64,000 nt of DNA from an uncultured Gammaproteobacteria bacterium (GTDB lineage Bacteria; Pseudomonadota; Gammaproteobacteria; JAADHQ01). Within the stretch, counting starts at the first letter, position 1. Each line of letters opens with the position of its first letter. Position numbers and translations under genes: made by a program. This document shows, piece after piece, positions 41,286 to 50,366 of this stretch. The notes under the pieces were generated by a model. It saw nothing but the letters and a program-made list of their open reading frames with translations. It did not search any database and had not been told where the DNA came from. Location: positions 63,146 to 127,145 of the forward strand of contig CAWECS010000005.1 in NCBI GenBank assembly GCA_963807455.1, in the 5' to 3' direction.

Positions 41286-42800
41286 ATGACCGAAAAATAC
41301 GTCGATAAAATCATCAAAGCACGCGTTTATGACGTGGCGAAAGAAAGCGCTCTGGATCGGGCCAATCTACTCAGTCGCAGAATGGGCTGTGATATTTACC
41401 TCAAGCGCGAAGATCTACAACAGGTGTTTTCATTTAAGTTAAGAGGTGCCTATAACAAAATCGTGCAGTTACCCGAAGCGGCACTCAAATGTGGAGTCAT
41501 TGCTGCATCAGCCGGCAATCATGCCCAGGGAGTAGCGCTGGCAGCAGCGAAATTAGGTATATCTGCCACCATTGTAATGCCAGTAACCACACCTAGTATA
41601 AAGGTCGAATCAGTACGCAATCATGGAGCAAAAATAATCTTGCATGGTGATGCTTATGACGACGCTTATGCTCATGCTCTGATACTGGCTGAAAAGCAAA
41701 AACTGACCTTTATTCATCCCTTCGATGACCCGGATGTTATTGCCGGGCAGGGTACTGTGGCGATGGAAATATTGCATCAATTCACTGACGATATTCATGC
41801 GATATTCGTTCCTGTCGGTGGTGGCGGACTGATTGCCGGGATGTCTGCCTATATCAAGCATGTGCGTCCGGAGATTAAAGTGATTGGTGTTGAACCGGAG
41901 GATGCACCTACCATGCAGCAGTCACTTTTGAACGATGAGCGTGTACTGCTTGATCAGGTGGGTATTTTTGCTGATGGTGTCGCTGTTCGCCAGGTCGGTC
42001 AGGAAAATTTTCGCATCGCGCGCACCTGTGTTGATGACATGGTGCTGGTGACAACGGATGAAATTTGTGCGGCCATCAAGGATATTTTCGATGATACCCG
42101 TTCGGTAATGGAGCCTGCCGGCGCATTGGCCGTAGCTGGAATGAAGAAATATATCAAGCAGCATGCTTTGGCTGATAAGAATCTGATTGCCGTCAATACG
42201 GGGGCCAATTTGAACTTTGATCGTTTAAGACATGTTGCCGAGAGGGCTGAGCTGGGCGAGCAAAGGGAGGCATTGCTGGCGGTGACCATACCTGAAAAAG
42301 CCGGAAGTTTTCGTCAGTTTTGTCAGGCCATCGCTCATCGCGGTATTACCGAGTTCAATTATCGCTATGCCGACGACAAGGATGCGCATATTTTCGCAGG
42401 TATTCAGTTACGGCATGGAATTGAGGAAAAACAGGAGTTACTGCTGCAATTGCATGAGATGGGCTACCCTGTTCTGGATATGACTGACAATGAAATGGCA
42501 AAAATACATATCCGCTATATGGTCGGTGGTCATGCAAAAAGCGTCACCAATGAACTGGTGTACCGATTTCAGTTTCCGGAACGTCCGGGCGCCTTGTTAG
42601 CTTTTTTGACCAATATGGGTGCAGACTGGAATATTAGTATGTTTCATTACCGCAACCATGGTGCAGATTACGGTCGAGTATTGGTAGGTATTCAGGTACC
42701 TGAAGATGAGCGTGATCGTTTCGATCAATTTCTATTGCAGCTCGGTTATGAGTACTGGCAAGAGCAGAATAACCTGGCTTATTCCTTGTTCCTGGGTTGA
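41286..42800 (+). CDS. ilvA: Threonine dehydratase, biosynthetic
   Basis: 504 aa with PLP-fold motifs (..SFKLRGAYNK..) and two C-terminal ACT-like regulatory domains. Confidence 0.92.
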   Translation: MTEKYVDKIIKARVYDVAKESALDRANLLSRRMGCDIYLKREDLQQVFSFKLRGAYNKIVQLPEAALKCGVIAASAGNHAQGVALAAAKLGISATIVMPVTTPSIKVESVRNHGAKIILHGDAYDDAYAHALILAEKQKLTFIHPFDDPDVIAGQGTVAMEILHQFTDDIHAIFVPVGGGGLIAGMSAYIKHVRPEIKVIGVEPEDAPTMQQSLLNDERVLLDQVGIFADGVAVRQVGQENFRIARTCVDDMVLVTTDEICAAIKDIFDDTRSVMEPAGALAVAGMKKYIKQHALADKNLIAVNTGANLNFDRLRHVAERAELGEQREALLAVTIPEKAGSFRQFCQAIAHRGITEFNYRYADDKDAHIFAGIQLRHGIEEKQELLLQLHEMGYPVLDMTDNEMAKIHIRYMVGGHAKSVTNELVYRFQFPERPGALLAFLTNMGADWNISMFHYRNHGADYGRVLVGIQVPEDERDRFDQFLLQLGYEYWQEQNNLAYSLFLG

Positions 42801-43044
42801 GCATTCTGCCAATTGAAATACATTCTGGCTATTCTTTTAAAACCGCCGAATGAGGCTAGACTAATTAACCCTCAATAGCATATTGAAGTGGGTCATCTTG
42901 ATTCGGAATAGTGATTGCATGCGATCGGCTCATGTTTGCATCAACAACTTTACGGGTGTTTCTTAAAGCCGGATTCAACGCGGGTTAGCTTGTTCACTAA
43001 GGCCTTATCTGATCATCAATTTCTTTACTAATTTATTGATATAC

Positions 43045-43073
43045 AAAGAAAAGGCCCGCATAGCGGGCCTTTA
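43045..43073 (-). terminator. Rho-independent terminator downstream of the histone-like gene
   Basis: AAGGCCCGC, loop ATA, GCGGGCCTT. On the minus strand it is followed by a T-rich run. Confidence 0.7.
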
Positions 43074-43093
43074 ATGTTTGAAGAGAATTAATA

Positions 43094-43486
43094 CTAGCGT
43101 CTTCTCTTCTTGGCAGCAGCTCTTTTCTTCTTAGCTGGAGCCTTTTTCTTCTTCTTGGCAGCAGCTTTTTTCTTTTTAGCTGGAGCCCTTTTCTTCTTCT
43201 TGGCAGCAGCTTTTTTCTTTTTAGCTGGAGCCCTTTTCTTCTTCTTGGCAGCAGCTTTTTTCTTTTTCTTAGCTGGAGCCTTTTTCTTCTTCTTGGCAGC
43301 AGCTTTTTTCTTCTTAGCTGGAGCCTTTTTCTTCTTCTTAGCTGCAGCTTTTTTCTTTTTAGCTGGAGCTTTTTTCTTCTTAGCTGTTGCCTTCTTCTTC
43401 TTGGCTACAGACTTTTTCTTTTTAGCCACTGCCTTTTTCTTCTTGGCAGGAGCCCTCTTTTTTACTGCTTTCTTTTTAGTTGCCAT
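43094..43486 (-). CDS. Lys/Ala-rich histone H1-like nucleoid protein (AlgP/Hc-like), composed of KKKK-A-P/A-AKKKK repeats
   Basis: 130 aa from the ATG at 43486, which has GGAGG 7 nt upstream: MATKKKAVKKRAPAKKKKAVAKKKK.. followed by about 16 repeats of A(A/P)AKKKK(K). The DNA is a perfect 42-48-nt tandem repeat. The ORF track lists a TTG at 43501. Confidence 0.75.
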   Translation of the reverse strand: MATKKKAVKKRAPAKKKKAVAKKKKSVAKKKKATAKKKKAPAKKKKAAAKKKKKAPAKKKKAAAKKKKKAPAKKKKKAAAKKKKRAPAKKKKAAAKKKKRAPAKKKKAAAKKKKKAPAKKKRAAAKKRRR

Positions 43487-44698
43487 GTTAATGACCTCCA
43501 ATAATAAATAATATAAGTATCGTTTGCTCGCGATTGAGTATATACCAGTAGAAAGAAAATTCCAGTAAAATCAAAAAATAATTTGACTTTTTTAATTTTA
43601 GTTATACTTGAATGTTAAAAAAACATTGTTGCTGGAAATATCTTTTATTGCTGCATTCTGACTTTTGTGTCGGCAAACGATATGAAAACTTAAACTTTAG
43701 GTAACAGAATCGGATAAAAAACGAATATTTTAAAAAAAAATTAGTATATGTAGCCATTTTTGATAATTAATTCGGATTATTTTTAAAAATTTAAAGATGA
43801 AAACTTGTTTTTAGTGTTTCTTGAGTAAGAAATAATTACTTTTTCATTCGCTGAACGAAATTTGAATGCATCAACAGAGATTTTTTAGTTAAATTTATAA
43901 AAATCGTAAAAAAAATGCCTTCGTAATAGTTGGTTTTTCTAAAAAATGCTTTTTTATGTTTATTTTTTCTTTTTTAATTCTATTTTTGTCTTAAATTATC
44001 CTGCTGAACGTGAAAAATGACGCGCAATGTAAAAAAGTGTCGTAATTTTTTACATTTTTTATTGATTGATCACTGACAAATGCGCTGTTTTGACCTGGTT
44101 GTTGTCGTTTGGCCGCTATTTTTCAAAAAATTAATAGAGCCGACTGATAATTTAAGCCGATTTTGTTTTTTTAAAAGAATATTTTTGTCTTTTTGACTCA
44201 CTCAGAGGGTACTAATCGCTGTTCTTGGTTGTTGAAGGGCTTTTATATTGGATGAATGCTCGTACAAGCGGTTTTTTTCAATTGTTTTTGTTGTTCTGAT
44301 AATTTTTATCTTATTTTTTTTGTAAAGTGTAAAAAATTGTAACCAATGGTCATTTTATCTCATGCTGGCTTTTATGCAGAATAATGTTGCCATGCATTCC
44401 CGTTTCTATTCCGGTTGCATGATTTCAATGCATCTATGTTTATTCATACTCTCTTTTGGCTGAATAATTAATCGCTGCCATGAAGATGCAATTTATTATT
44501 TAGACAATTTGAGCAGCATTGATAACGAAGCGTCGATAAAAAGCTTTATGCATTGCAAGATGCAATGAAATGCCGAATGTTTTACCTTAGGCGACTCTGT
44601 TTCAATGAGCAGGTGCGAATGAAACCAGTTTTTTTTCAGCCAGATCGTAAAAACTCTTTTTTGTATTCTACGGCCGCATTATCAAAGGTGGTAAAAAT

Positions 44699-45295
44699 CT
44701 ACTGTTTTGAGGAATAGAGTTTATTTTCAGTGATAACTAATTGCAGCGGTACATCCCAGGTTTGCGGATGGATGTTCGGGACTTTTTGAAACTCATAGGC
44801 AATGCCAATCATTCTGGGTTTGTCCCAATGTTGCCTGAAACGCAAAAAGTTAAAGCTACGGTCATAGTATCCTCCTCCCATACCGATTCGGTGGCATTGC
44901 TGATCAAAGGCCACTAGCGGCGTTATGACCAGATCAAGATGAGTAGCAGGAATTAAATCACGACCATGGTATACCGGCTCGGGAATTCCATAGCGATTGA
45001 TTTGCATTTTGCTGTCGGCATGCCAGCGCGTAAACCAGAGCCGGTTAGTTAAGAAAGGCATCAATACGGGCAGGTAAATTGATTTACCTAACTGACGGGC
45101 CAGATCAACTAATGGTAATGGACTCATTTCACCTTGCATGGGCAGATAAACAGCAAGATTCTGGCTGTTGAGAAAGAACTTATGTTTTTTTAGTCTTGCA
45201 TGCATCATCCAGGCATATTGTTGACGGCTGATGTTATCCAGCTGCTGTCGTTGCCGCTTGATGCGGGATCTGATAGTGGCTATTTCAGTTTTCAT
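44699..45295 (-). CDS. fau: 5-formyltetrahydrofolate cyclo-ligase
   Basis: 198 aa, MTHFS family (..GMGGGYYDRS..). It lies directly downstream of the 6S RNA region, as E. coli ygfA/fau does. Confidence 0.85.
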   Translation of the reverse strand: MKTEIATIRSRIKRQRQQLDNISRQQYAWMMHARLKKHKFFLNSQNLAVYLPMQGEMSPLPLVDLARQLGKSIYLPVLMPFLTNRLWFTRWHADSKMQINRYGIPEPVYHGRDLIPATHLDLVITPLVAFDQQCHRIGMGGGYYDRSFNFLRFRQHWDKPRMIGIAYEFQKVPNIHPQTWDVPLQLVITENKLYSSKQ

Positions 45296-45429
45296 TCTCT
45301 ATCTCTATTTTAATGTCAGTGCCTTGAAGCATGATATTTTGCCATGAGAAATAGCTCTGGAAGCGTTATTAGCCAGTGAGGAAACGATCGTGTTGATGGA
45401 TAAAGTAAAAGGATCATCGCTTAAGATTA

Positions 45430-45613
45430 AAGGGTCCCGCGTGTGCCGTCGCAGCTTTCGCCCTTGAACCTGAGGTTCAGGTGGGAATAGCGTGGATTCA
45501 TCAGGCTTTCCGCTTCAAGGCGGACTTGCACAACAGTATCTGAACACTAAACCCGGGTATAATAACATGGCTCAAGAATTTACCCGGCTGCTAACGAACA
45601 CCGCAGGAGATCA
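45430..45613 (-). ncRNA. ssrS: 6S RNA (SsrS); end coordinates approximate
   Basis: The minus-strand sequence AUGAUCUCCUGCGGUGUUCGUUAGCAGCCGGG..CUUGAGCC..UAUACC ... CACCUGAACCUCAGGUUCAAGGGCGAAAGCUGCGACGGCACACGCGGGACCC aligns segment by segment with E. coli 6S RNA (..UGUUCGCAAGCGGGCC..CUGAGCC..CAUACC ... CACCUUGAACCAAGGGUUCAAGGG..CUGCGGCGGCAU..). It has the conserved zapA-ssrS-fau synteny. Confidence 0.65.
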
Positions 45614-45615
45614 TA

Positions 45616-45930
45616 TTATAGTTCCATTTGCTTGCCGTTATGCAAGGCTGATTCAATTTTTTCCTGAATATTTCGCACGCGGCTACTGATCGACTGGTTT
45701 ATGTCGTCTTTCTGATTTTTATTGGTCAGTAGATCGTGGGTGATGTTCAGTGCTGCCATGACTGCAATACGATCAAGACCAACGACTTTGCCACTATCAC
45801 GGATTTCGCGCATTTTTTTGTCAAGATACTGTGCACTGGATCTAAGGCTGATTTCCTCATCCTCTGGGCAGGCGATTAGAAATTCCTTGTCAAGTATATG
45901 GACATTAAGGCGTTTATTTTCCTTGCTCAT
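45616..45930 (-). CDS. zapA: Cell division protein ZapA
   Basis: 104 aa, ..LNVHILDKEFLIACPEDEE..LRSSAQYLDKKMREI.. in the conserved position upstream of ssrS. Confidence 0.85.
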   Translation of the reverse strand: MSKENKRLNVHILDKEFLIACPEDEEISLRSSAQYLDKKMREIRDSGKVVGLDRIAVMAALNITHDLLTNKNQKDDINQSISSRVRNIQEKIESALHNGKQMEL

Positions 45931-46160
45931 GGGTGTTTCTCCATTGACTTGAGGCGCGTAATCATGGCCTCGACACGGGTCTTGACCTGCTCATTTTTTT
46001 GCATCAACTGGTTCCTGTCGTTCTTGAGTGTAGCCTGCTGGTTTCGTAGAGATCGGTTTTCTTCAGTCAGGCGATTGCAGATGTGAATGAGTTCATCAAC
46101 CCTGTGTTCGAGCTTTTTGAGTTCTATATCTACTGTTTGTGTGGGTTTTTCTGTTGTCAT
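45927..46160 (-). CDS. Small coiled-coil protein (ZapB-like / TIGR02449 family) co-transcribed with zapA
   Basis: 77 aa with heptad-rich sequence (..LKKLEHRVDELIHICNRLTEENRSLRNQQATLKND..). It has a 4-nt overlap with the zapA start. Confidence 0.6.
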   Translation of the reverse strand: MTTEKPTQTVDIELKKLEHRVDELIHICNRLTEENRSLRNQQATLKNDRNQLMQKNEQVKTRVEAMITRLKSMEKHP

Positions 46161-46345
46161 GCAATGAATATAGAGCGGCAGCTACGCCCGGTCAATGCCA
46201 GACTGCCGCAGAACGGCAAAATTTTCCGATGAATAGGCGGAAAAATCCCGTCTTGTGATCGGTTTTATAGTTTTTTTCATTCACAATATGGGTTTTTCCC
46301 AGACCATGCTAGCATATTAACTATTTCATATAAGGAACACGGCAG

Positions 46346-46909
46346 ATGTCCTATTCAGTCGATTTTGATGATCTTTCACATATATTGATGAAAATGAATA
46401 CAGCTGCAGAAGCGGCAGAGGCTCAAGGCCTGTTGTGTGGCATCTTGTGTGCGCTTGGGCGAGTAGATAAACAGTCATGGATACAACAAGTGATAGGTGA
46501 GGCTGTTGATCCGGGTGATTTATTGATCAAGGAGCTTAAGGATCATCTGGAGTCGCTTTATCAGCAGACGCTGGAGTCAATGTATGATGATGAATTTGGT
46601 TTCCGGCTGTTTTTACCCGATGATGAGGTATCGCTTGAAGAAAGAATCCATACCATCAGTGAATGGTGTCAAGGTTTTCTGTTAGGTTTCAGTATGCGTT
46701 CACTGGACTCCATAGAGAGTGAAGCCAGAGAGGAAATCGAAGGGCTATTGGAAGATTTTATTGAGGTCACGCGAATCGATGCGGAATCGGGTGAGGATGA
46801 TAGCGATGATGAGGATTCATTTGTCGAAATAGAGGAATATATTCGCATGGGTGTGATCTATATTTTTTCCAGTCTAAATCCGGTTGCTACCAGCCATAGG
46901 CTACAATAG
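46346..46909 (+). CDS. ygfB: UPF0149 family protein YgfB
   Basis: 187 aa with an acidic C-terminus. It sits upstream of pepP as in the E. coli ygfB-pepP-ubiH-ubiI locus. Confidence 0.75.
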   Translation: MSYSVDFDDLSHILMKMNTAAEAAEAQGLLCGILCALGRVDKQSWIQQVIGEAVDPGDLLIKELKDHLESLYQQTLESMYDDEFGFRLFLPDDEVSLEERIHTISEWCQGFLLGFSMRSLDSIESEAREEIEGLLEDFIEVTRIDAESGEDDSDDEDSFVEIEEYIRMGVIYIFSSLNPVATSHRLQ

Positions 46910-46922
46910 GAACACACCCGTG

Positions 46923-48227
46923 ATGAATATGAAGGAATTTGCAAGAAGAAGAAAACAGCTCATGCGCATGATGGGCGAAGGTTCTGTGGCGATACTGCCC
47001 GCAGCGCCTATGACTATTCGTAACCGCGATGTTGATTATCCCTATCGTCAGGACAGTGACTTTCATTACCTGTCTGGATTCCCTGAGCCGGAATCAGTGA
47101 TTGTTTTGATTCCCGGTAGAAAACAGGCTGAATATATATTGTTCTGTCGTGAACGTGATATGGAAATGGAAACCTGGAACGGAAAACGTGCCGGGCAGGC
47201 AGGTGCTTGTGAAATCTATGCTGCGGATGATTCATTCCCGATCAATGATATCGACGATATCCTGCCAGGTATGTTGGAAGGCTGTGAGCGCGTGTATTAT
47301 ACCATGGGCGCGCACCCGGAATTTGATCAGCATGTGTTGCAATGGGTGAATACTATTCGCTCCATGAATCGCACGGGTTCAAGAGCGCCTGGAGAGTTCG
47401 TCTCCCTGGAACATTTGCTGCATGATATGCGGCTTTATAAAAGCCGTGCAGAAGTAGCTTTGCACAGGAAGGCGATGCATGTGTCTGCAGAAGCGCATAA
47501 GCAGGCCATGAGGGTCGCCAGGCCCGGGCTAATGGAATACGAGGTCGAGGCCGAAATCCTTTATCACTTCCAGCGTAATGGCATGCAGACCGCTTATTCA
47601 TCCATCGTCGGCTCTGGTGAGAATGGATGTATTTTGCATTACACTGAGAATTCAGCAAAGCTTGAAGACGGTGACTTGTTACTGATCGATGCCGGTGCAG
47701 AAATGCAATGTTATGCGGCCGATATCACCCGTACCTTTCCGGTCAGTGGTGTATTCTCCAAGGCGCAAAAAGCCCTTTATCAAGTGGTGCTCGATGCACA
47801 ACTGGCAGCGATCGATAAAGTTCGTCCCGGTCATCACTGGAATGAAGCACATATTGCTGCAGTCGAAGTATTGACTGAAGGGCTGGTTGAATTGGGAATA
47901 TTAAAAGGCAAGGTCAAGAAGTTAATCAAGGACGAATCATACCGCCGTTTTTATATGCATCGAACCGGACATTGGCTGGGAATGGACGTGCATGATGTCG
48001 GCGACTATAAGGTCGATGGCGAATGGCGTGAGCTTGAGCCGGGGATGATGTTAACCGTTGAGCCGGGCTTGTACATACCGAAAGGATCCAAAGGCGTGGC
48101 TAAAAAATGGTGGAACACCGGCATTCGTATTGAAGACGATGTCTTGGTAACAAAGGATGAACCAAAAGTCATGACCGCAGCAGCACCTAAAACCATCGAT
48201 GAAATACAAGAGTGGATGGCGCCTTAG
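46923..48227 (+). CDS. pepP: Xaa-Pro aminopeptidase
   Basis: Aligns with E. coli PepP (..YPYRQDSDFHYLSGFPEPE..HYTEN..DGDLLLIDAG..HGTGHWLGMDVHD..EPGLY..IRIEDD..). Start at the ATG at 46923 (MNMKEFARRRK); the ORF track begins at 46884. Confidence 0.92.
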   Translation: MNMKEFARRRKQLMRMMGEGSVAILPAAPMTIRNRDVDYPYRQDSDFHYLSGFPEPESVIVLIPGRKQAEYILFCRERDMEMETWNGKRAGQAGACEIYAADDSFPINDIDDILPGMLEGCERVYYTMGAHPEFDQHVLQWVNTIRSMNRTGSRAPGEFVSLEHLLHDMRLYKSRAEVALHRKAMHVSAEAHKQAMRVARPGLMEYEVEAEILYHFQRNGMQTAYSSIVGSGENGCILHYTENSAKLEDGDLLLIDAGAEMQCYAADITRTFPVSGVFSKAQKALYQVVLDAQLAAIDKVRPGHHWNEAHIAAVEVLTEGLVELGILKGKVKKLIKDESYRRFYMHRTGHWLGMDVHDVGDYKVDGEWRELEPGMMLTVEPGLYIPKGSKGVAKKWWNTGIRIEDDVLVTKDEPKVMTAAAPKTIDEIQEWMAP

Positions 48228-48233
48228 TCAGCA

Positions 48234-49499
48234 ATGGATAGCAGCGACTCAATCAGACCTGATTATGACATACTGATTGTCGGCGGAGGCATGATAGGCG
48301 CCAGCCTGGCCTGTGCGCTGGCACCGTTATCCTTGAAAATTGGCATCATCGAGCGTTATCCATTGCGTTCATCATCGCAGGCGAGTTTTGATGATCGTAG
48401 TACCGCATTAGCCTATGGCACGAGAAAAATTTTCCAGAGCATGGGGATTTGGCCCTTACTGGAACCTGTTGCCATGCCTATTACCGGCATCCATATATCT
48501 GATCGTGGCCATTTTGGCGCTACCCGACTCAATAGTCAGCAATGCGGCGTCGAGGCACTCGGCTATGTGATAGAAAATCGGGAATTGGGCGCAGTGTTGC
48601 AGTCCACGCTTGAACAAAATCAACAGCTGGAATTGATTTGCCCGGCTGATGTCGAAGAGGTGAATATCAATGAGCATTATGCTGAAGTGTCTGTGAATGA
48701 AAACGGTCAAACCCGTCACCTCACAGCCGCATTGATAGTAGCTGCTGATGGCAGTCAGTCCTTGATTCGGCAACAGCTTGGTATGCCATCAAAAATATGG
48801 ACGTACGGGCAGACTGCCCTGATCAGCAACGTCAGTAGCAGCGCTCCGCATCAGCAACTTGCCTATGAACGCTTTACCGAAACAGGTCCACTGGCTTTGT
48901 TGCCAATGAGGCCATTAACGGAGCAGGGGCAAATGGTGTCACGATATTCTCTGGTGTGGACCGTGAGGGATGAACAGCTTGAAGAGTATCTTGGTTTAAA
49001 TGATGAAGCATTCCTGCAACGGCTGCAACAGTGTTTTGGGCGCCGCCTGGGAGAGTTCGTTCGCGTGGGTACTCGTCACAGCTATCCATTGCAACTCGTC
49101 AGAGTGCCTACACAGGTGCAGTCACGGGTTGCATTGATTGGTAATGCCGCGCATACACTGCATCCTGTTGCAGGCCAGGGCTATAATCTTGGCATGCGTG
49201 ATGTTGCAGTTTTGACTGAAGTGCTGGCGAATGCATTAAGCGCTGCAGCCGATATTGGCGACCTGCAAGTACTGAAACAATATGCCGAATGGCGACGCCG
49301 GGACCATGATAGTGTCACAGCGTTTACCGACGGTCTGGTGCGGATTTTTACCAACCCGCTTTTGCCGGTAAAAATCGCCAGAAGTATGGCATTAACGACA
49401 CTCGATTTTGTTCCTCCCTTGAAGAGAATGCTGAGTAAGCACACGATGGGCTTGTCCGGCAGGATTCCAGCCATGGCCAAAGGCCAGCCAATCAAATAG
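48234..49499 (+). CDS. ubiH: 2-octaprenyl-6-methoxyphenol hydroxylase (FAD-dependent)
   Basis: 421 aa; GxGxxG (ILIVGGGMIGAS); UbiH/UbiF/UbiI family; downstream of pepP. Confidence 0.85.
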   Translation: MDSSDSIRPDYDILIVGGGMIGASLACALAPLSLKIGIIERYPLRSSSQASFDDRSTALAYGTRKIFQSMGIWPLLEPVAMPITGIHISDRGHFGATRLNSQQCGVEALGYVIENRELGAVLQSTLEQNQQLELICPADVEEVNINEHYAEVSVNENGQTRHLTAALIVAADGSQSLIRQQLGMPSKIWTYGQTALISNVSSSAPHQQLAYERFTETGPLALLPMRPLTEQGQMVSRYSLVWTVRDEQLEEYLGLNDEAFLQRLQQCFGRRLGEFVRVGTRHSYPLQLVRVPTQVQSRVALIGNAAHTLHPVAGQGYNLGMRDVAVLTEVLANALSAAADIGDLQVLKQYAEWRRRDHDSVTAFTDGLVRIFTNPLLPVKIARSMALTTLDFVPPLKRMLSKHTMGLSGRIPAMAKGQPIK

Positions 49500-49717
49500 C
49501 CTGATGGCGGCACTATTATATCGAGGCTGTAGAACCGTTGATATTTAACTGTTTTTTCAGTGGCATAGCATCAAAAAGAATTCCCAGGTGACAGCTAAAT
49601 TTATCGATTGGCTGGCCGATGTATAAATAAGCATGTAGGTGCTGACATTCAACGTCTGGACGAGAAAACCGTTTGACGTCCCGTAATAGTAAATGGATAT
49701 TAATCAGGGTATTCAGT

Positions 49718-50221
49718 ATGAATAAACGTAAGCATAAAGTGATTCTGAAAGGTTTTGAACAGCATTTTATACTGCTCTCTTTTATGACAGTGATTACGGC
49801 CTTGATCCTGATGATTTCATTAGTCATAGGGGCAATGTGGCTGATAGATCCAGCGCTACTGGGTGGAGCCAGTCTTGAGGATACCTTATACGTCGGTGCG
49901 ATTGGTTTTATTTTACTGGCAGCTACCTATTATTACACTTTACGCATTGATCATCGTGTTTCTGGTCCAATTTTCGTATTAATGAGAAATTTAGAACGTA
50001 TCGGTGATGGTGACCTCACCACCGAAATGAGATTGAGGCAACAGGACCATTTGCAGGAAATTTCGGCTGCATTCAACCGCAATGTCGCCACATTACGAGA
50101 TCAGCTACAGGACCTAAAACTAACGGCTGAGGCCATTCATTCAGCGAACAGTGATGCGGAAATCAAACCCCTGATGAATAAGTTAATCACCGACCTCGCC
50201 AAAATCAAGACTGCCATGTAG
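49718..50221 (+). CDS. Hypothetical membrane protein with a HAMP-like segment, conserved between ubiH and ubiI
   Basis: About 167 aa from MNKRKHK. It has two TM helices, then ..VSGPIFVLMRNLERIGDGDLTTEM..ISAAFNRNVATLRDQLQDL.. which is HAMP-like. It occupies the same position as the hypothetical gene between ubiH and visC in Pseudomonas. Confidence 0.5.
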   Translation: MNKRKHKVILKGFEQHFILLSFMTVITALILMISLVIGAMWLIDPALLGGASLEDTLYVGAIGFILLAATYYYTLRIDHRVSGPIFVLMRNLERIGDGDLTTEMRLRQQDHLQEISAAFNRNVATLRDQLQDLKLTAEAIHSANSDAEIKPLMNKLITDLAKIKTAM

Positions 50222-50366
50222 GCACAACGCAAAAACCGCTCCCTTGCGCGCTTACTTTATTAAATAATACGGCTGATGTGGCTCGCCATAGGCTGGCAAC
50301 GTAGAAAGATACCCGATTCATTGGTTTTTAATTGCTATCTGCACCCGGGTGGTGCAAAATTTTTCC

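Noticed and set aside
43110-43511. Plus-strand ORF encoding a poly-Phe/Leu/Ala protein (MAAALFFLAGAFFFF..)
   Set aside because: It is the reverse-complement mirror of the Lys/Ala-rich gene (AAG/GCN codons read backwards). The minus-strand gene has the GGAGG Shine-Dalgarno and a terminator.
45492-45689. 65-aa plus-strand ORF between fau and zapA
   Set aside because: It overlaps the 6S RNA locus. The interval is better explained by ssrS on the minus strand.
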